Source: a virus (Duplodnaviria > Heunggongvirae > Uroviricota > Caudoviricetes). Taken from it: a stretch of DNA of 8,763 nucleotides. The position numbers were made by a program, and so were the translations under genes. The stretch is from IMG/VR virus record IMGVR_UViG_2737471850_000007. One strand, given 5' to 3'. Positions 1 through 6,694 of this stretch are shown here, one piece after another (position 1 is the stretch's first letter; the number at the start of each line of letters is the position of its first letter). The notes below the pieces were generated by a model. That model worked only from the letters and a program-made list of their open reading frames with translations, was not told where the DNA came from and searched no databases.

Positions 1-213
1 ATGTCTAACAAAATGACTGGTTTAGTGAAATGGTTTAACCCTGAAAAAGGTTTTGGTTTCATCACGCCGAAAGATGGCAGCAAAGATGTGTTTGTCCATT
101 TCTCAGCAATTCAGAGCAACGATTTCAAAACATTAACTGAGAATCAGGAAGTTGAATTTGGTATTGAGAACGGACCTAAAGGTCCTGCCGCTGTTCATGT
201 AGTGGCGCTTTGA
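1..213 (+). CDS. cspI: CspA-family cold-shock protein, 70 aa
   Basis: ATG at 1, TGA at 211-213. Protein [21 protein letters not shown]...[13 protein letters not shown] has the cold-shock domain RNP motifs (KGFGFI, VFVHF) and, from memory, the CspI-type sequence. Confidence 0.85.
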   Translation: MSNKMTGLVKWFNPEKGFGFITPKDGSKDVFVHFSAIQSNDFKTLTENQEVEFGIENGPKGPAAVHVVAL

Positions 214-223
214 GGTAGACAAT

Positions 224-412
224 ATTACAAACCATATTCACTTTAGATGCCCGTGTTGTCATGGTTCCCAGTATAGAACATCATCTTTTGATGTTTCTGA
301 CATGAATCCTTTCGGGGCAAAATGTATCTTTTGTAAATCAATGATGATTACATTTGATAATATTTCACAATACTTAAATGCCAGCCGTCTGTCGTTGGAT
401 TTAAAAAAGTGA
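224..412 (+). CDS. Candidate Ogr/Delta-like zinc-ribbon small protein. The frame is open from 203 to 412 with no ATG, GTG or TTG before the internal ATG at 302; a possible AUU start lies at 224. May be a pseudogene.
   Basis: Translation ...HIHFRCPCCHGSQYRTSSFDVSDMNPFGAKCIFCKSMMITFDNISQYLNASRLSLDLKK gives C-x2-C-x21-C-x2-C. Flanking residues (F-x-C-P, R-T-S after the first Cys pair, I-T-F-D-x-I-x-Q-Y-L after the second) resemble P2 Ogr as I remember it. GAGGT at 212-216 lies 7 nt before ATT 224 and overlaps the cspI stop. An intrinsic terminator follows at 418-441. Confidence 0.4.
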   Translation: MTNHIHFRCPCCHGSQYRTSSFDVSDMNPFGAKCIFCKSMMITFDNISQYLNASRLSLDLKK

Positions 413-417
413 AAATG

Positions 418-441
418 AAGGCTCCTTCGGGAGCTTTTTTG
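418..441 (+). terminator. Rho-independent terminator: GC-rich stem with UUCG tetraloop, then T6
   Basis: AAGGCTCC-TTCG-GGAGCTTT followed by TTTTTT (435-440), 6 nt after the stop of the zinc-ribbon frame. Confidence 0.7.
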
Positions 442-484
442 CTTGGTGTCTATTCGATGGATACTCACATACTACGGTAACATC

Positions 485-715
485 ATGAAAAAAATCATAG
501 TTTTTTTTAACTCTGAACCAGCAGTGGTAGTGCCAGCGATGACTGGAGTTAACACCATCATGCGTGAATATCCAAATGGCGAAAAAACACACCTTACTGT
601 AATGGCCGCAGGGTTTCCATCTCTGACCGGAGATCATAAAGTCATTTATGTAGCCGCGGATCGACATGTTACTTCAGAAGAAATTCTGGAAGCAGCAATA
701 AGGCTCTTGAGTTGA
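485..715 (+). CDS. ynfN: Small hypothetical protein, YnfN-like. 76 aa from ATG 485; 51 aa from ATG 560, which matches the K-12 YnfN length I recall.
   Basis: ORF in the six-frame track (443..715). Internal ATG at 560 is preceded by GGAG (545-548). Position between cspI and gnsB matches Qin gene order. Function unknown. Confidence 0.5.
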   Translation: MKKIIVFFNSEPAVVVPAMTGVNTIMREYPNGEKTHLTVMAAGFPSLTGDHKVIYVAADRHVTSEEILEAAIRLLS

Positions 716-804
716 TTTGATGCTATTGCATTGATAATTCAGGAAAATTCTCTTTGTCTGTTTGTGTAAAATTTAGACTATCGTATGTTGATTATTGCGA
801 TGTT

Positions 805-845
805 TCATCTTATCTTTTATACGTTTGCACCATATAATCGACTTA
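805..845 (+). promoter_or_regulatory. Candidate sigma70 promoter for gnsB: perfect -10 TATAAT at 833-838, weak -35
   Basis: TATAAT at 833-838 with only a 3/6 -35 match (ttatct) 17 bp upstream. It would give a leader of about 40 nt before the gnsB RBS AAGAGGAAA. Confidence 0.25.
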
Positions 846-886
846 CTGTGTAACTGGAAAGTCATAACAGACTAAAAGAGGAAATG

Positions 887-1060
887 ATGAATATTGAAAA
901 CTTAAAAACAAAAGCAGAAGCAGATATTTCTGAATATATAACAAAAAAAATTATTGAACTTAAGAAAAAGACCGGGAAAGAAGTTACCAGTATTCAGTTT
1001 ACCGCACGGGAAAAAATGACGGGTCTTGAAAGCTATGATGTCAAGATTAATTTAATCTGA
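887..1060 (+). CDS. gnsB: GnsB-type small protein, 57 aa (Gns family)
   Basis: Not in the ORF track because it is under 60 aa. ATGATG at 884-889 with RBS AGAGGA at 876-881; TGA at 1058-1060. Protein MNIENLKTKAEADISEYITKKIIELKKKTGKEVTSIQFTAREKMTGLESYDVKINLI resembles GnsA/GnsB from memory. Confidence 0.7.
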   Translation: MNIENLKTKAEADISEYITKKIIELKKKTGKEVTSIQFTAREKMTGLESYDVKINLI

Positions 1061-1086
1061 TGTATTCAATAATAAAATTTATCCAT

Positions 1087-1115
1087 AAACCTCGTTTTTA
1101 CGGGGTTTTGTTATA
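1087..1115 (+). terminator. Rho-independent terminator downstream of gnsB
   Basis: AAACCTCG-TTTTTA-CGGGGTTT stem-loop (one G.U pair) followed by a T-rich tract TTTTGTTATATTT. Confidence 0.55.
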
Positions 1116-1174
1116 TTTGAATGGTTCCGAATATCTAAATCACAATTGTTGATGGTTTTTATTAAACCAATGCA

Positions 1175-1203
1175 GTCCGGCTCAGGAGTGAGAGAAGCCG
1201 GAC
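1175..1203. repeat. Perfect 8-bp inverted repeat with 13-nt loop between the convergent genes gnsB and ydfO
   Basis: GTCCGGCT (1175-1182) and AGCCGGAC (1196-1203) around loop CAGGAGTGAGAGA. It sits just 3' of the ydfO stop on the minus strand, but no clean U-tract follows on either strand. Confidence 0.35.
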
Positions 1204-1211
1204 GTTATGGT

Positions 1212-1622
1212 TTAGCGTGGTAAGATCTGTGTAGTTTTCTGGATGCTTTCAGTAAATAGTAATGAATTATCAAAGGTATAGTAATATCTTTTTTGTTCGT
1301 GGATATTTGTAACCCACCGAAAAACTCCTGCTTTAGCAAGGTTTCTTCTGTATTCCTGAAATGTGATCTCTCTGGATTTCAGCTTATTAGAGGTCGTTTC
1401 TATAAGATGCCTATCCTTTGAAAATTTGACAGACACAATGTTTTTTAGGCCCTTTAATAACACTGTATTATCATTTTTTAATACAATATGAACATTCTCT
1501 GTGGCTAAATAGTAAATGTAATGTGAGACATTGTGACGTTTTAGCTCAGAATAAAACCATTGATAGTTTAAATCGTTTCGAACTTTATCAAATATTTGTT
1601 TAAAAATGACTACCTGATCCAT
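1212..1622 (-). CDS. ydfO: Prophage hypothetical protein, YdfO-like (DUF1398-type from memory). 136 aa from the second ATG; the ORF track starts 5 codons earlier at 1637.
   Basis: Minus-strand ORF 1212..1637. The ATG at 1620-1622 is preceded by GAAGG at good spacing, whereas the ATG at 1635-1637 has a C-rich upstream region without an SD. Confidence 0.55.
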
Positions 1623-1674
1623 AGATAAACCTTCCATGTGATATGAGGGGGCGTAGTCTGCACGATTATCTAAA

Positions 1675-2229
1675 TTGCTTCAATCTGGTCTGACCTGTTT
1701 TCTGAGCAATTCAGTAATGTCACTCTTTTCTTTGTTTGCTTCAGAAGTAACTCTTTTTTCTGAGCACAGTCTCCGGCGGCAGGCTTCAATGACCCAGGCT
1801 GAGAAATTCCCGGACCCTTTTTGCTCAAGAGCGATGTTAATTTGTTCAATCATTTGGTTAGGAAAGCTGCGCCGGGAAGTTGAAGAACTGCGGCAGGCCA
1901 GCGAGACAGATCTCCAGCCAGGGACTATTGAGTACGAACGCCATCGACTTACGCGTGCGCAGGCCGACGCACAGGAGCTGAAAAATGCCAGAGACTCCGC
2001 TGAAGTGGTGGAAACCGCATTCTGTACTTTCGTGCTGTCGCGGATCGCAGGTGAAATTGCCAGTATTCTCGACGGGATCCCCCTGTCGGTGCAGCGGCGT
2101 TTTCCGGAACTGGAAAACCGACATGTTGATTTCCTGAAACGGGATATCATCAAAGCCATGAACAAAGCAGCCGCGCTGGATGAACTGATACCGGGGTTGC
2201 TGAGTGAATATATCGAACAGTCAGGTTAA
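1675..2229 (+). CDS. nohA: Terminase small subunit (lambda Nu1) homolog, chimeric. The C-terminal ~120 aa are Nu1-like; the N-terminal ~63 codons are unrelated and the true start is uncertain (TTG 1675, ATG 1717, 1789 or 1834).
   Basis: From [50 protein letters not shown]... to the end ...LSEYIEQSG the protein matches the lambda Nu1 C-terminal region from memory. Upstream of about 1864 it does not. The 3' end overlaps the start of the next gene by 26 nt, as in lambda. Confidence 0.6.
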
Positions 2230-3178
2230 CAGGCTGCGGCATTTTGTCCGCGCCGGGCTTCGCTCACTGTTCAGGCCGGAGCCACAGACCGCCGTTGAAT
2301 GGGCGGATGCCAATTACTATCTCCCGAAAGAATCCGCATACCAGGAAGGGCGCTGGGAAACACTGCCCTTTCAGCGGGCCATCATGAATGCGATGGGCAG
2401 CGACTACATCCGCGAGGTGAATGTGGTGAAGTCTGCCCGTGTTGGTTATTCCAAAATGCTGTTGGGTGTTTATGCCTACTTCATAGAGCATAAGCAGCGC
2501 AACACACTTATCTGGTTGCCGACGGATGGTGATGCCGAGAACTTTATGAAAACCCACGTTGAGCCGACCATCCGTGATATTCCTTCGCTGCTGGCGCTGG
2601 CCCCGTGGTATGGCAAAAAGCACCGGGATAACACGCTCACCATGAAGCGTTTCACCAATGGGCGTGGCTTCTGGTGCCTGGGCGGTAAAGCGGCAAAAAA
2701 CTACCGTGAAAAGTCAGTGGATGTGGCGGGTTATGATGAACTTGCTGCCTTTGATGAGGATATTGAACAGGAAGGCTCTCCGACGTTCCTGGGCGATAAG
2801 CGTATTGAAGGCTCTGTCTGGCCAAAATCCATCCGTGGCTCCACGCCCAAAGTGAGAGGCACCTGCCAGATTGAGCGTGCAGCCAGTGAATCCCCGCATT
2901 TTATGCGTTTTCATGTTGCCTGCCCGCACTGCGGGAAGGAGCAGTACCTTAAATTTGGCGACAAAGAGACGCCGTTTGGCCTCAAATGGATGCCGGATGA
3001 TCCCTCCAGCGTGTTTTATCTCTGTGAGCATAATGCCTGCGTCATCCGTCAGCAGGACGGAACGTTTAAGCCAGCATACAGCAACAACATGGCCTGGTGT
3101 CTGTGGGATATGCTGACCCAGAGGATATTGCATCCGCCGTGGCGCTTGAGGATGCAAGTACGACGAAAAAGGGGATAG
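2204..3178 (+). pseudogene. Terminase large subunit (lambda gpA) N-terminal fragment of about 284 aa, followed by 41 codons of out-of-frame junction sequence
   Basis: GTG start at 2204. [59 protein letters not shown]...CVIRQQ matches lambda gpA from memory, including the Walker A-like KSARVGYSK. Homology ends at about 3055; stop at 3176-3178. The C-terminal two-thirds of gpA are absent. Confidence 0.8.
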
Positions 3179-4881
3179 TACAGCTCAGCAGTGCGACCAA
3201 CAGCACATCTGAAACGCTTGCCGCGACACCGAAGGCAGTTAAAGCAGCGAATGACAATGCGAATGGCAGGGTACCATCTAACCGAAAAGTTAACGGGAAA
3301 GCACTGACTGCGGATATAACATTAACACCGAAAGATATTGGCACTTTAAATTCAGTAACGATCTCTTTCTCTGGCGGGGCAGGGTGGTTCAAACTGGCAA
3401 CGGTTACCATGCCACAAGCGAGTTCCATCGTTTACATCGCATTGATTGGTGGCGCTGGTTACAACGTCGGCTCCCCACAGCAGGCAGGCATTTCAGAACT
3501 GGTTCTACGAGCAGGCAATGGAAACCCCAAAGGGATTACCGGAGCTTTGTGGAAGCGTACAGCCGTCGGATTAACGAATTTCGCCTGGATCAACACATCC
3601 GGCGATACATATGATATTTACGTTGAGATTGGCAATTATGCGACGAGTGTAAATATCCATTGGGATTGTACTACAAATGCGTCAGTTTCTATTTATACCT
3701 CGCCAACATATTCAGCGAGTAAGCCTTCCAGCGTTACCGGTGGTGTTGTTTATACGATGTATAGCTCACATCAGAAACCTACACCATCAGATATTGGAGC
3801 GCTGCCAACGACTGGAGGGACTATTTCAGGTCCGTTGTCTGTTACTGATGGGATCACCGGGGCACTGAAGGGGAACGCCGATACCGCGACGAAACTTGCG
3901 GCAGCCCCAAAAATTAACGGTGTTAAGTTTGATGGCTCGGCGGATATTAACCTCACGCCGGAAAATATTGGTGCATTTGCCCGACGTTCGACGGGGGCTT
4001 ATGCGGATTCGGATGGAGCCGTTCCCTGGAATGCCGAATCAGGCGCTTACAATGTCACCCGCTCTGGCAACAGCTATATTCTGGTTAACTTCTATACCGG
4101 AGTCGGAAGTTGCCGGACCTTGCAGATGAAGGCACATTACAGAAATGGAGGTCTGTTCTACCGTTCCTCAAGAGATGGCTATGGTTTTGAGGAAGACTGG
4201 GCAGAAGTTTATACCTCGAAAAATCTTCCACCAGAAAGCTACCCAGTCGGCGCACCAATCCCGTGGCCATCAGATACCGTTCCGTCTGGTTATGCCCTGA
4301 TGCAGGGGCAGACTTTTGACAAATCTGCTTACCCGAAACTTGCAGCCGCTTATCCGTCAGGTGTGATCCCTGATATGCGTGGCTGGACGATTAAGGGCAA
4401 ACCTGCCAGTGGTCGGGCCGTATTGTCTCAGGAACAGGACGGCATTAAATCGCACACCCACAGCGCCAGCGTATCCAGTACGGATTTGGGGACGAAAACC
4501 ACATCGTCGTTTGATTACGGCACTAAATCCACGAATAACACTGGTGCGCATACCCATAGTGTTAGCGGTACGGCTGCTTCAGCCGGTGCACATACCCATT
4601 CGATGACATTTGTTTCAGGTGGTTCCAGTGGTGCTCCGGGAAGTGGATCACCTGATTATTCTAAATACAGTGTTAACACTTCTTCTGCAGGCGCTCATAC
4701 GCACTCTGTATCGGGTACTGCTGCAAGCGCAGGTGCACACGCACATACTGTCGGTATTGGTGCTCATACGCACTCCGTTGCGATTGGTTCACATGGACAT
4801 ACCATCACCGTTAACGCTGCTGGTAACGCGGAAAACACCGTCAAAAACATCGCATTTAACTATATTGTGAGGCTTGCGTAA
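3097..4881 (+). CDS. stfQ: Side tail fibre protein, C-terminal portion (lambda Stf-like). It has no canonical ATG start and is probably a truncated remnant.
   Basis: Frame open from 3070; Stf homology starts near 3121 ([41 protein letters not shown]). The C-terminal region [74 protein letters not shown], the GAHTHS/GAHAHT His-x-His repeats and ...[18 protein letters not shown] match lambda Stf from memory. TAA at 4879-4881 overlaps the tfa ATG. Confidence 0.7.
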   Translation: MSVGYADPEDIASAVALEDASTTKKGIVQLSSATNSTSETLAATPKAVKAANDNANGRVPSNRKVNGKALTADITLTPKDIGTLNSVTISFSGGAGWFKLATVTMPQASSIVYIALIGGAGYNVGSPQQAGISELVLRAGNGNPKGITGALWKRTAVGLTNFAWINTSGDTYDIYVEIGNYATSVNIHWDCTTNASVSIYTSPTYSASKPSSVTGGVVYTMYSSHQKPTPSDIGALPTTGGTISGPLSVTDGITGALKGNADTATKLAAAPKINGVKFDGSADINLTPENIGAFARRSTGAYADSDGAVPWNAESGAYNVTRSGNSYILVNFYTGVGSCRTLQMKAHYRNGGLFYRSSRDGYGFEEDWAEVYTSKNLPPESYPVGAPIPWPSDTVPSGYALMQGQTFDKSAYPKLAAAYPSGVIPDMRGWTIKGKPASGRAVLSQEQDGIKSHTHSASVSSTDLGTKTTSSFDYGTKSTNNTGAHTHSVSGTAASAGAHTHSMTFVSGGSSGAPGSGSPDYSKYSVNTSSAGAHTHSVSGTAASAGAHAHTVGIGAHTHSVAIGSHGHTITVNAAGNAENTVKNIAFNYIVRLA

Positions 4882-5456
4882 TGGCATTCAGAATGAGTGA
4901 ACAACCACGGACCATAAAAATTTATAATCTGCTGGCCGGAACTAATGAATTTATTGGTGAAGGTGACGCATATATTCCGCCTCATACAGGTCTGCCAGCA
5001 AACAGTACCGATATTGCACCGCCAGATATTCCGGCAGGCTTCGTGGCTGTTTTCAACAGTGATGAGGCATCGTGGCATCTCGTTGAAGATCATCGGGGTA
5101 AAACGGTTTATGACGTGGCTTCCGGCGACGCGTTATTTATTTCTGAACTCGGTCCGTTACCGGAAAATGTTACCTGGTTATCGCCGGGAGGGGAATATCA
5201 GAAGTGGAACGGCACAGCCTGGGTGAAGGATACGGAAGCAGAAAAACTGTTCCGGATCCGGGAGGCGGAAGAAACAAAAAACAGCCTGATGCAGATAGCC
5301 AGTGAGCATATAGCGCCGCTTCAGGATGCTGTGGATCTGGAGATCGCAACGGAGGAAGAAACCTTGTTGCTGGAAGCCTGGAAAAAGTATCGGGTGTTGC
5401 TGAACCGTGTTGATACATCAACTGCACCGGATATTGAATGGCCAGCACTGCCGTAG
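4881..5456 (+). CDS. tfaQ: Tail fibre assembly protein (lambda Tfa-like), 191 aa
   Basis: ATG at 4881 overlaps the stf stop (TAATG), with SD GAGG 8 nt upstream. Protein [51 protein letters not shown]... is near-identical to lambda Tfa from memory. Confidence 0.85.
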   Translation: MAFRMSEQPRTIKIYNLLAGTNEFIGEGDAYIPPHTGLPANSTDIAPPDIPAGFVAVFNSDEASWHLVEDHRGKTVYDVASGDALFISELGPLPENVTWLSPGGEYQKWNGTAWVKDTEAEKLFRIREAEETKNSLMQIASEHIAPLQDAVDLEIATEEETLLLEAWKKYRVLLNRVDTSTAPDIEWPALP

Positions 5457-5532
5457 GGTAAAACATATAAATTCTATAATTAGATGTATCTCTCCATTTA
5501 CGGCAAGGAAGGGGGCTTGGAAGACGTAAAGC

Positions 5533-5557
5533 ATCTCACACCGAGATTATTTTTTAT
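5533..5557 (+). terminator. Weak candidate terminator after tfa
   Basis: ATCTC-ACACC-GAGAT 5-bp stem followed by TATTTTTTAT; it overlaps the pin stop codon. The stem is short and AT-rich. Confidence 0.2.
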
Positions 5558-6144
5558 ATGTCAGGTGTCTGAAGTTTTGCTTTGGCTCTTAAAATGGTTT
5601 GCCGCGAGGTTTTGAATTCCCGGGCAATGGCACTTATACTTACACCTGACTTAATTCGTTCGAATACCACCTGTTTCTGTTCTTCATTTAACACAGGTGG
5701 TCGACCAAAACGTTTCCCTGCGCCGCGGGCTCTTACTATCCCGGAATGAGTGCGTTCAAGTAAAAGGTCTCGTTCAAATTCAGCGACTGCTGAAATTACG
5801 TGCATCATCATTTTTCCTGTTGGACTGGTCAGGTCAATGCCCCCCAATGCTAAGCAATGCACTCTGATACCTGTTTCGGTCAGTTGTTCCACTGTTTTCC
5901 TGATATCCATTGCATTACAACCAAGGCGATCCAGTTTTGTCACAATCAATTGATCACCACATTTCAGGCGAGCAAGCAACCGGTTAAAACCAGGACGCTC
6001 ACTGGTTGCTGCTGAGCCGCTAATGTGTTCTTCGATTATTTGCTGAGGTTTGATTTTAAAACCTGCACTTTCGATTTCCCGGCGTTGATTTTCGGTGGTC
6101 TGATCCAGCGTTGATATCCGACAGTAAGCAAAAATTCGAGACAT
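5554..6144 (-). CDS. pinQ: Site-specific DNA invertase, serine recombinase of the Hin/Gin/Cin/Pin family, 196 aa
   Basis: [20 protein letters not shown]... has the resolvase-type catalytic motif (Ser11 in R-I-S-T-x-D-Q) and a C-terminal HTH ([20 protein letters not shown]). It is convergent with tfa, separated by 97 bp. The Q versus R paralog assignment rests on the neighbours ydfK, ydfJ, cspI and gnsB. Confidence 0.85.
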   Translation of the reverse strand: MSRIFAYCRISTLDQTTENQRREIESAGFKIKPQQIIEEHISGSAATSERPGFNRLLARLKCGDQLIVTKLDRLGCNAMDIRKTVEQLTETGIRVHCLALGGIDLTSPTGKMMMHVISAVAEFERDLLLERTHSGIVRARGAGKRFGRPPVLNEEQKQVVFERIKSGVSISAIAREFKTSRQTILRAKAKLQTPDI

Positions 6145-6281
6145 AGTGAGACTCTATACGAAATTGGTGTTCATATCATAATGCATCTCAGAAAATAATT
6201 TTGATTATTTTTGTGCATATTTGTATGTACACGTTCGAAAATAAACGAATGCGTATGCAACCCCGTAACTTTGGTGAGACC

Positions 6282-6295
6282 CAAAATCGATTTTG
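6282..6295. repeat. 14-bp perfect palindrome CAAAATCGATTTTG, 138-153 bp upstream of the pin start codon
   Basis: Exactly self-complementary and centred on TCGA, with a second inverted repeat AACTCG-N10-CGAGTT at 6310-6331. Candidate protein-binding site. Confidence 0.3.
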
Positions 6296-6460
6296 TGAAA
6301 AATGGCTTTAACTCGGTTTGTTTTTCGAGTTCCGGGCGGACTCAAGGAAGAAGAATAGTGTTGCGTGTTATTTTAACCAGATTTCAAGTTGTTTGGTCGT
6401 GGAAAAGTGGAGCAAAATGTTGTTAAAGTGGAAAAATGATAAAAAAGTAAGTTTATTATA

Positions 6461-6694
6461 TTACATTTTACCATTTAAATTTTGGTTGTCTTTAAGAACT
6501 GATATCGCTGTTTGTAATAATTCTTTGTTATCCAGCCATGATTTTTTCTTTATGTTTCCTTCAATGTAATCAAGCAATGTTCTGGTATTGATAGGTCTTC
6601 CCTGTTTTGCTACTTCCACTACAGCATCCCCTAGGATAATTCTGACTTCAGGAAGCTGCGCAGGGAACCACTTTAGGGTGTCTTTTGATTTCAT
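6461..6694 (-). CDS. ydfK: Small prophage protein of the YdfK/YnaE family (cold-shock induced in K-12, from memory), 77 aa
   Basis: Minus-strand ORF 6461..6727. The internal ATG at 6692-6694 has SD AAGGA 8 nt upstream and gives MKSKDTLKWFPAQLPEVRIILGDAVVEVAKQGRPINTRTLLDYIEGNIKKKSWLDNKELLQTAISVLKDNQNLNGKM. The upstream ATG at 6725 has no SD. Confidence 0.7.
   Translation of the reverse strand: MKSKDTLKWFPAQLPEVRIILGDAVVEVAKQGRPINTRTLLDYIEGNIKKKSWLDNKELLQTAISVLKDNQNLNGKM

Noticed and set aside
259-667. Minus-strand ORFs 259..468 (69 aa) and 401..667 (88 aa)
   Set aside because: They lie antisense to the zinc-ribbon frame, the terminator and the ynfN-like ORF, have low-complexity composition and no RBS. 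Most likely shadow ORFs.
1680-3428. Minus-strand ORFs overlapping the terminase and stf genes (1680..2165 N-terminal part, 1858..2124, 2264..2623, 2476..2658, 2714..3157, 3066..3428) and plus-strand out-of-frame ORFs (2299..2493, 2658..2855, 2871..3116)
   Set aside because: They overlap reading frames with strong lambda homology and are Arg/Ser/Cys-rich in the way antisense or out-of-frame translations are. Only the 3' portion of 1680..2165 is retained, as a low-confidence finding.
4540-4800. Repetitive GAHTHS-type stretches as a possible CRISPR or tandem DNA repeat array
   Set aside because: The repeats are at the protein level, in frame within stf, and encoded by divergent codons. There is no repeat-spacer periodicity.
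3384-5466. Alternative-frame and antisense ORFs within stf and tfa (e.g. 3384..3614, 3677..3868, 3771..3956, 3896..4129, 4085..4270, 4357..4557, 4379..4606, 4610..4870, 4860..5093, 4945..5226, 5170..5466)
   Set aside because: All sit inside the well-supported Stf and Tfa frames. I also considered that the minus-strand ones might be an inverted second tail-fibre cassette, but their translations are not Stf- or Tfa-like.
5605-5617. CGAGGTTTTGAAT resembling the right half of a gix/hix crossover site
   Set aside because: Only one half-site, no matching inverted left half, and it lies inside the pin coding region that encodes the HTH. Most likely coincidental.
6211-6569. Plus-strand ORFs 6211..6426 (71 aa) and 6318..6569 (83 aa)
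   Set aside because: AT-rich intergenic translation with odd composition and no RBS; the second runs antisense into ydfK.
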